From a virus (Duplodnaviria; Heunggongvirae; Uroviricota; Caudoviricetes): a stretch of 64,000 nucleotides of DNA. Shown here piece by piece: positions 57,712 to 64,000 of this stretch; within the stretch, counting starts at the first letter, position 1; each line of letters opens with the position of its first letter. Below the pieces are notes generated by a model. The model was not told where the DNA came from, made no database searches, and worked only from the letters and a program-made list of their open reading frames with translations. The DNA lies in the IMG/VR virus record IMGVR_UViG_3300042445_002023, one strand, 5' to 3'. Both the position numbers and the translations under genes were made by a program.

Positions 57712-58998
57712 ATGAGCAAACCATTATTAGTATTTCAAGCACCAGTTTTTACAAGGAGTGGATATGGTGACCATAGTAGAGATTTACTTCAGAGTTTATT
57801 TGATTTAGATAAATATGATGTGAAAGTAGTACCAACTCGTTGGGGTTCTACACCACAAAATCAACTCGATGGTGTGAGTGAATTTAGTAAAAAAGTATTG
57901 AGTAGTGTCATTACAACGTTAGATAGAGAACCGGATGTATATATTCAGGTTACAGTTGCTAATGAATTTAAAAAAATGGGTAAATACAATATTGGTATTA
58001 CCGCAGGAGTTGAAACTACTTTAGCACCAAAGGATTTTATTGATGGTTGTAATAGAATGGATTTAGTTTTAGTACCATCTAACTTTACAAAAGAGGTATT
58101 ACAAAAAACTTCGTTTTCTGAAGTGGATAAAGCATCAGGTCAAAAAATTAGAGATATAAGTGTTCAAACTCCAATTGAAGTTCTTTTCGAAGGAGTTGAT
58201 TTAGATATTTTTTTAAATAGAACTAATCAAGAAACTGATGTTCTTATTAATACTGAAAAATTAGATAAAAAAATTGAAACTGATTTTAATTTCTTATTTG
58301 TAGGTCATTGGTTGAGTGGAGATTTAGGACAAGACAGAAAAGATGTAGGAATGTTAATTAAAACATTTTGTACTATTTTTAAATCCGTTCCAAAAAATAA
58401 ACAACCCGGTTTGATATTAAAAACATCTATGGCTGGATTTAGTATTATCGATAGAGAAGAGATTAGTGAAAAAATTAAAACCATAACAAAAGAATATGGT
58501 GAAAACTGTCCACCTATTTATTTATTATTTGGAGATATGAAATCAAGCGAAATAGCAAATTTATATCATCATCCAAAAGTAAAGGCTATGTTATCATTTA
58601 CTAAGGGTGAAGGGTATGGTAGACCACTTGCAGAGTTTGCTACAACGGGTAAACCTATTATAGTTTCAAAATGGAGTGGATTGACTGATTTTTTACCTGA
58701 AACTAATACTATTTATTTGGATGGAGAATTAACAAATGTCCACCCATCAGCAGCAAACCAATTCTTAATGGCGGAATCACAATGGTTCTCCGTAAATTAT
58801 TCAACTGCAGCACAAAAAATAATGGATGTATTTAAAAATTATAATAAATATTTAGATAGTTCAAAGGGATTACAATCAAATATTAAAAATAATTTTTCAT
58901 TAACAAAAATGACAGAAGTATTTGGCAATTTACTTAACAAATATGTTAAAGTTACAACTCGTGTTGAATTAAAATTACCTAAACTAAACAAATTATAA
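57712..58998 (+). CDS. glycosyltransferase, GT-B fold, family 4-like
   Basis: GEGYGRPLAEFATTGKPIIVS. Confidence 0.6.
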   Translation: MSKPLLVFQAPVFTRSGYGDHSRDLLQSLFDLDKYDVKVVPTRWGSTPQNQLDGVSEFSKKVLSSVITTLDREPDVYIQVTVANEFKKMGKYNIGITAGVETTLAPKDFIDGCNRMDLVLVPSNFTKEVLQKTSFSEVDKASGQKIRDISVQTPIEVLFEGVDLDIFLNRTNQETDVLINTEKLDKKIETDFNFLFVGHWLSGDLGQDRKDVGMLIKTFCTIFKSVPKNKQPGLILKTSMAGFSIIDREEISEKIKTITKEYGENCPPIYLLFGDMKSSEIANLYHHPKVKAMLSFTKGEGYGRPLAEFATTGKPIIVSKWSGLTDFLPETNTIYLDGELTNVHPSAANQFLMAESQWFSVNYSTAAQKIMDVFKNYNKYLDSSKGLQSNIKNNFSLTKMTEVFGNLLNKYVKVTTRVELKLPKLNKL

Positions 58999-58999
58999 A

Positions 59000-59521
59000 A
59001 TGCAATTCTATACTAATCAGTATAAAGAAATATTAAAACCGGAACGAAGAATTAGTAAATCACTAATTTTACCTAGAAACGTTTATCGTATTTCTACATA
59101 TGTTGATGGTGTACCACCAACAAAAGTTGGGATGGAAAGTAGATATGTATTTGTAATTGGTAAAATTGATAACAAAATTCATTGTCTTTTATTGAATCAC
59201 GTCTTGCCTGCTAATTTTATTACATTTTTAAATAAACTTAGAGATAAAACAAAACCAATTGAAAAAGACCAACCCTTAAGCGAATTACTTAAACTAATGG
59301 CTAAAGATGGACAACAATTATTTGAAACACATGTAAAAAGAAATAGAACAATCTATTCACATAAATTAGACAATTATAGAACTTACTTTTTAGATAAAAT
59401 TCAAAATGTTTGGGAAATTAGATTTGAAGATGGATTTTTACAAGAAATATTTAAAGAAGGAAATACTGCTTCAGATAGACGAGAAGTTATTAAAAAAGAA
59501 ATAAACGAAAAAGATGGCTAG
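59000..59521 (+). CDS. hypothetical protein (173 aa)
   Basis: ORF inside the glycosylation cluster. Confidence 0.4.
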   Translation: MQFYTNQYKEILKPERRISKSLILPRNVYRISTYVDGVPPTKVGMESRYVFVIGKIDNKIHCLLLNHVLPANFITFLNKLRDKTKPIEKDQPLSELLKLMAKDGQQLFETHVKRNRTIYSHKLDNYRTYFLDKIQNVWEIRFEDGFLQEIFKEGNTASDRREVIKKEINEKDG

Positions 59522-60140
59522 TATAAGTTACGCAGTTACAGTTTGTAATGAAATTGATGAGTTGACACAACTTCTTAATTTTTTACAATTACATATTAGA
59601 GAAGAAGATGAAATTGTTATTCAATATGATGAAGCATCGGTTACTAAAGATGTAACGGATTATCTTAATTTAATCAATGTAATACATTCCAATCACAAAG
59701 TGGTTGGATTTTCATTAAATAACGATTTTGCATCATTCAAAAATAATCTTAAATCACATTGTTCAAAGGATTATATTTTTCAAATAGATGCTGATGAGAT
59801 TCCACATGAATATCTAATAGAAATATTAGGGGAAGTGTTGGATAGTAATAATGTAGATATTGTATTTGTCCCGCGAATCAATACGGTCGAAGGTTTAACT
59901 CAATCTCATATTCAAAAGTGGGGTTGGAATGTAAACGAAACCCAATGGGTAAACTTTCCTGATTATCAGACAAGAATATATAAGAATACGGATGATGTTA
60001 CATGGATGGGGAAAGTACATGAAAGAATTACTGGATACAATACATTCTCAAATTTTCCAGCAGAAGAACAATTTTGTTTATATCATCATAAACAAATAGA
60101 AAGACAGGAAAAACAAAACTCTTTCTATGCAACCATCTAA
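59514..60140 (+). CDS. GT-A (family 2-like) glycosyltransferase
   Basis: DxD-type motif QIDADEIP; N-terminal Rossmann-like beta strand (YAVTVCNE). Confidence 0.45.
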   Translation: MASISYAVTVCNEIDELTQLLNFLQLHIREEDEIVIQYDEASVTKDVTDYLNLINVIHSNHKVVGFSLNNDFASFKNNLKSHCSKDYIFQIDADEIPHEYLIEILGEVLDSNNVDIVFVPRINTVEGLTQSHIQKWGWNVNETQWVNFPDYQTRIYKNTDDVTWMGKVHERITGYNTFSNFPAEEQFCLYHHKQIERQEKQNSFYATI

Positions 60141-61014
60141 AATAACATTCGTATATAACCACGCTCCAAATGAAACGTGGTCAACTCCTTTATCATTATT
60201 AAATGAATTCCAAAAGAGAGGATGGGAAACTGAAATAGTTTCAATAACTGCAACTGATGATTCTCAATTACAATTATGGATTCAACAAGATATTCCAACT
60301 GATATTGTATTATTTATGGATTGGGGTAGAATTGATTCTAAGTGGTTAGATAAATCATTAAAACCAAATACATTTTGGATACAAGAAAGTGGAGATGACC
60401 CACAAAACTTTGTAAGAAACTATCCAAAAGCAAGTAGGTTTCATTATACAATAACACCGGATAAAGTATCGGCAGAAGAATATAGAAAAAGAGGTATAAC
60501 TGCTGATTGGGTTTCCCATTGGGCAGATACGGCAGTTCAATTTCCAATGAATGAAAGACCTCAATATGTTGCGGTTACAAGTAGAGGAAGAGGTGGTTCT
60601 GAATTTTTAGATTACCTTACGGAATGGGGTGAGGGTCTAATTGGAAACCGAAACGGAATGAATGCAATAGAACATACTGAATTTTTGAATAGTGGTTTAA
60701 TGGTTATTCAGAATAGTAGATGGGGAGAAATAACTCGTAGATTATTTGAAGGAATGGCATGTGGTAAGATGGTTATAACTGATAGATTAAGAGAATCAAC
60801 TGGTCTTTCTGAAATGTTTATAGAGGGTGAAGAAATAGTTTATTATGATAATATGTTAGATTGTATTGAAAAGATAAATTATTATAATGAAAATAGAGAT
60901 GAACTTAATCGTATTGCCTTAAACGGAATGAATAAGGTTTTAAATAACCATACTCAAATACAACGAGTAGATAAGTTAATAACGGAATTTAATAATTTTA
61001 AAAAAATTAAATAA
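60127..61014 (+). CDS. glycosyltransferase with a GT-B C-terminal domain
   Basis: RLFEGMACGKMVITD resembles the GT1/GT4 C-terminal motif. Confidence 0.4.
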   Translation: MQPSKITFVYNHAPNETWSTPLSLLNEFQKRGWETEIVSITATDDSQLQLWIQQDIPTDIVLFMDWGRIDSKWLDKSLKPNTFWIQESGDDPQNFVRNYPKASRFHYTITPDKVSAEEYRKRGITADWVSHWADTAVQFPMNERPQYVAVTSRGRGGSEFLDYLTEWGEGLIGNRNGMNAIEHTEFLNSGLMVIQNSRWGEITRRLFEGMACGKMVITDRLRESTGLSEMFIEGEEIVYYDNMLDCIEKINYYNENRDELNRIALNGMNKVLNNHTQIQRVDKLITEFNNFKKIK

Positions 61015-61238
61015 TGGCATTATTAAAATTAGATTGTCAATCAAGCGTTAAAGCACAAGGAAAATTTGTCACTCAAATAATACATTTTGTAGGTGGAGAA
61101 AAACGAACTTTTGAAAATATAGAATCAGATTATATTAAGCAAGGTCAGTTTACTAAACTTATGACAAGTGATGGTAGAATGATTTTAGTAAACGATAAGA
61201 ACGTATTATGTATAGAAGTATTCCAACAACCAGAATAA
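61014..61238 (+). CDS. hypothetical protein (74 aa)
   Basis: ORF only. Confidence 0.35.
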   Translation: MALLKLDCQSSVKAQGKFVTQIIHFVGGEKRTFENIESDYIKQGQFTKLMTSDGRMILVNDKNVLCIEVFQQPE

Positions 61239-61242
61239 AAAT

Positions 61243-61833
61243 ATGAATTATTTAAATAGATGGGATATTATTAATATCTTAATTAAAAAAAACAATTATA
61301 AATCTTATTTAGAAGTTGGAACACAAGACCCCAATTCAAATTTCAATAAAATAGAAATTGAAAATAAAGTATCGGTAGACCCATTTCCAAAAGGAGAAGT
61401 AACATTTGTTGGTACATCTGATGAATACTTTCAATCAATATTAGAAGATGTAAAATTTGATATTATTTTTATAGATGGATTACATCACGATGACCAAGTA
61501 TTAAGAGATATTGAAAACTCTTTAACTCATTTATCGGATAGTGGAATTATTGTATGTCATGATTGTTTACCAACAACCGAACATATGCAAGAAAGAAACG
61601 ACCATGGCGGTATATGGTTGGGTGATGTTTGGAAAGCAATTGCAGAATTGAGAGTTGAAAGAATTGATTTAGACATTAAAGTAATTGATTCCGATTTGGG
61701 GTGTGGATTGATTAAACCAGGAACAAACATACCATATATGACTAATGAAAATTATTTAACATATAGTTATTATAATTTACACAAATGGCAACTTATGAAT
61801 ATAATATCAGTAGAGGATTTCTTAAAATTATAA
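61243..61833 (+). CDS. class I SAM-dependent methyltransferase, TylF/MycF-like (sugar O-methyltransferase family)
   Basis: IIFIDGLHHDDQVLRDIEN ... GIIVCHDC, matching the Methyltransf_24-like signature. Confidence 0.5.
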   Translation: MNYLNRWDIINILIKKNNYKSYLEVGTQDPNSNFNKIEIENKVSVDPFPKGEVTFVGTSDEYFQSILEDVKFDIIFIDGLHHDDQVLRDIENSLTHLSDSGIIVCHDCLPTTEHMQERNDHGGIWLGDVWKAIAELRVERIDLDIKVIDSDLGCGLIKPGTNIPYMTNENYLTYSYYNLHKWQLMNIISVEDFLKL

Positions 61834-61836
61834 TAT

Positions 61837-62832
61837 ATGAAAGTTTTAATTACAGGAGTAGCAGGATTATTGGGTAGTAGATTAGCAGATTGGTTAGTAG
61901 AAACTCATCCAGAAATAGAAGTAGTAGGTATCGATGATTTGAGTGGTGGTTATAGAGAAAACATAAACGAAAAAGTTGAATTTTGGCAAATGAATTTGGT
62001 AACACATCCAATTGAAAATTGCTTTGAAGTTCATAAATTTGATTATGTATTTCATTTTGCAGCATATGCAGCAGAAGGGTTATCGCCATTCATTAGACAA
62101 TACAATTATGAAAATAATTTAGTAGCAACTGCAAGAATAGTTAATCAATGTATTAAGCACGATGTTAAAAGATTGGTATTTACCTCAACTCTTGCAGTAT
62201 ACGGACATGGTTATGGTGGAATATTTGATGAAAACCAAATACCAAAACCAATCGACCCATATGGAGTTGCAAAGTATGGTTGTGAAATGGATATACAAAT
62301 TGCAGGTGAACAACATGGATTAGATTGGTGTATTATCAGACCTCATAATGTATATGGTATTAAACAAAATATTTGGGACAAATATCGTAATGTATTGGGG
62401 ATTTGGATGTACCAACATTTGAATGGAGAACCAATGACTATATTTGGAGATGGTGAACAAACTAGAGCATTTAGTTATATAGATGATATCGTTGAACCAC
62501 TATGGAACTCAGCAATAAGACCAGAAGCATCCAAAGAAATCATTAATTTGGGTGGAATTGAAGAGTGGAGTATCAACGATGCAAATAAAATTTTGAAAAA
62601 AATAATTGGTGGTGGGGAAGTGGTTTATAAAGAGGGTAGACATGAAGTTAAACATTCTATACCTACGTTTCAAAAATCAATTGATATCTTAGGATTTGAA
62701 CATAAAACTCAGTTTGAAAATGGATTGAATGATATGTGGAAATGGGCAAAAGAACAACCTAAAAGAGAAAGATTTGTCTGGTCGTCCTATGAGTTAGATA
62801 ATGGAATTTATTCCTTTTGGAAAACAAAATAA
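61837..62832 (+). CDS. NAD-dependent sugar-nucleotide epimerase/dehydratase (SDR family)
   Basis: Rossmann motif VLITGVAGLLGSRL and catalytic YxxxK (YGVAKYGCE). Confidence 0.65.
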   Translation: MKVLITGVAGLLGSRLADWLVETHPEIEVVGIDDLSGGYRENINEKVEFWQMNLVTHPIENCFEVHKFDYVFHFAAYAAEGLSPFIRQYNYENNLVATARIVNQCIKHDVKRLVFTSTLAVYGHGYGGIFDENQIPKPIDPYGVAKYGCEMDIQIAGEQHGLDWCIIRPHNVYGIKQNIWDKYRNVLGIWMYQHLNGEPMTIFGDGEQTRAFSYIDDIVEPLWNSAIRPEASKEIINLGGIEEWSINDANKILKKIIGGGEVVYKEGRHEVKHSIPTFQKSIDILGFEHKTQFENGLNDMWKWAKEQPKRERFVWSSYELDNGIYSFWKTK

Positions 62833-62850
62833 TAAATAAAAAACCCAATT

Positions 62851-63495
62851 ATGAAATATACTGCAGTTATACCAACAATGTTAAAATCACCGAGATTGAA
62901 AAAATTGGTTGAGGATTTACAAACTCATGAGTTAGTAGATGAAATCATAATTATCGATAATTCTGGAAATTTAGAACCTAGTTTAGAACCACATCCAAAA
63001 CAAAAATATATTTGTGAAGGTAAAAATATCGGATGTAATCCGGCATGGAATAAGGGTGTAAAGTTAGCTTCAAATGAGTTGATTGCTATTTGTAATGATG
63101 ATATAAATTTTAATCCAATTATTTTAGAAGTATTGGATAATGAAATATTGGATACACATGGTATCATCGGTATGGGAGAAGGAAATTTTAATGAAAATTT
63201 TAACTATGATGGGAATCCATATTTAGAAGAATGGTATTCCGGTGTAAATGATAGTGGATGGGGTAGTTTGATGTTTTTAAAGAAATCAATGTGGGTGCAT
63301 ATACCTGATGATTTAATAGTATGGTATGGTGATAACTTTATAAAAGAAATAAATCCTGTAAAAAAATCAATTTTAAGAGGATTTAGAGTAGAAACCGAAA
63401 TGAGTACTACTTGTGATTTACCAGAACTAAGTGAATTGAAAAAACAAGACGGAATAAATTGGATTAATCATTTGTCAGCAAAATTCGGAAATTAA
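62851..63495 (+). CDS. GT-A (family 2-like) glycosyltransferase
   Basis: IIIIDNSGN ... CNDDINF, a DxD-like motif. Confidence 0.45.
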   Translation: MKYTAVIPTMLKSPRLKKLVEDLQTHELVDEIIIIDNSGNLEPSLEPHPKQKYICEGKNIGCNPAWNKGVKLASNELIAICNDDINFNPIILEVLDNEILDTHGIIGMGEGNFNENFNYDGNPYLEEWYSGVNDSGWGSLMFLKKSMWVHIPDDLIVWYGDNFIKEINPVKKSILRGFRVETEMSTTCDLPELSELKKQDGINWINHLSAKFGN

Positions 63496-63506
63496 AAATA
63501 TAAGTT

Positions 63507-64000
63507 ATGAAAAAATTACCAATTAGTATAGGGATATTAGCCTGGAATAGTGGGCAAGTCCTTGTAGATACACTAACTACCTATTACGAAAATGGGCTAT
63601 TCGATATGGTAAACGATGTTACGATTCTATTTCAAGAAGTAACTCCACAAGATATTGAAATTGCAACTCATTTTGGTTTAGATTTTATAGGTTTACAAAA
63701 GAATATAGGAATTGGTCAAGCGTTTATTAGATTGACAGAATCTGCTCAAAGTGATAATATTTTGGTATTAGAACACGATTGGAATCTGATAGAGAATAAA
63801 GAAACTACCTATGAAAGATTAGAATCTGGACTAGAATTATTAGGTGGTAGTGTTGATGTTGTAAGATATAGACATAGAGCACAACCAGGCAATCCACATT
63901 TTTCATTTAGAAATATAGGAAAAGAATTAACTTATTATGATGATGAAATTGAATGTACATCACCACATCTTTTAGATTCATTACATTGGTTAGACCCTAA
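63507..64000 (+). CDS. partial ORF (N-terminus) of a probable glycosyltransferase; continues past the window
   Basis: ISIGILAWNSGQVLVDTL resembles a GT-A N-terminus; the ORF is still open at the window end. Confidence 0.35.
   Translation, partial: MKKLPISIGILAWNSGQVLVDTLTTYYENGLFDMVNDVTILFQEVTPQDIEIATHFGLDFIGLQKNIGIGQAFIRLTESAQSDNILVLEHDWNLIENKETTYERLESGLELLGGSVDVVRYRHRAQPGNPHFSFRNIGKELTYYDDEIECTSPHLLDSLHWLDP

Noticed and set aside
1-64000. CRISPR arrays, tRNA genes, integrase and attachment sites
   Set aside because: No regularly spaced short direct repeats with unique spacers are visible. No tRNA cloverleaf was convincingly identifiable by eye. No tyrosine or serine recombinase motifs were found in any ORF. 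A tRNAscan or Aragorn run on the full genome would be needed to exclude tRNAs.

Overview
This is an AT-rich (roughly 30% GC) stretch of a large contractile-tailed dsDNA phage genome, or a prophage. Every convincing gene is on the + strand and tightly packed; the minus-strand ORFs in the track all look like artefacts. The order along the window is: (1) a tail fibre-like protein carrying an intein-like Hint domain plus a fibronectin type III domain, tail sheath, tail tube, a chaperone pair with a possible frameshift, tape measure, and baseplate proteins including a LysM protein; (2) a block of small accessory genes, including a 2-oxoglutarate/Fe(II) dioxygenase, a SWIM zinc-finger protein, a band-7 membrane protein pair and a secreted DRGH nuclease; (3) a replication and nucleotide-metabolism block: superfamily-2 helicase, SSB-like protein, RecA/UvsX recombinase, 5'-3' exonuclease, DnaB-like helicase, a DPPY DNA methyltransferase cassette, ribonucleotide reductase small and large subunits, thioredoxin, family B DNA polymerase, sliding clamp and clamp loader, GroES, and a PD-(D/E)XK nuclease; (4) a candidate DNA hypermodification cluster (three paralogous SPPY methyltransferase-like genes, a thymidylate-synthase-fold enzyme, an asparagine-synthetase-like amidotransferase translationally coupled to a PLP enzyme of the ACC-deaminase family); (5) a sugar-modification cluster running off the 3' end of the window (four to six glycosyltransferases, dUTPase, TylF-like methyltransferase, NAD-dependent epimerase/dehydratase). 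Two recurring intergenic motifs look like promoter classes. One contains TATCTTTG, which matches the Bacteroidetes -7 consensus TAnnTTTG, next to a TACGAA/TTCGTA palindrome, and sits in front of replication genes. The other, TATATTTATATAcA-AACAAAA, sits in front of structural genes and the glycosylation cluster. The host is therefore probably a Bacteroidetes or Flavobacteriia member; this is inference from the motif, not a database result.
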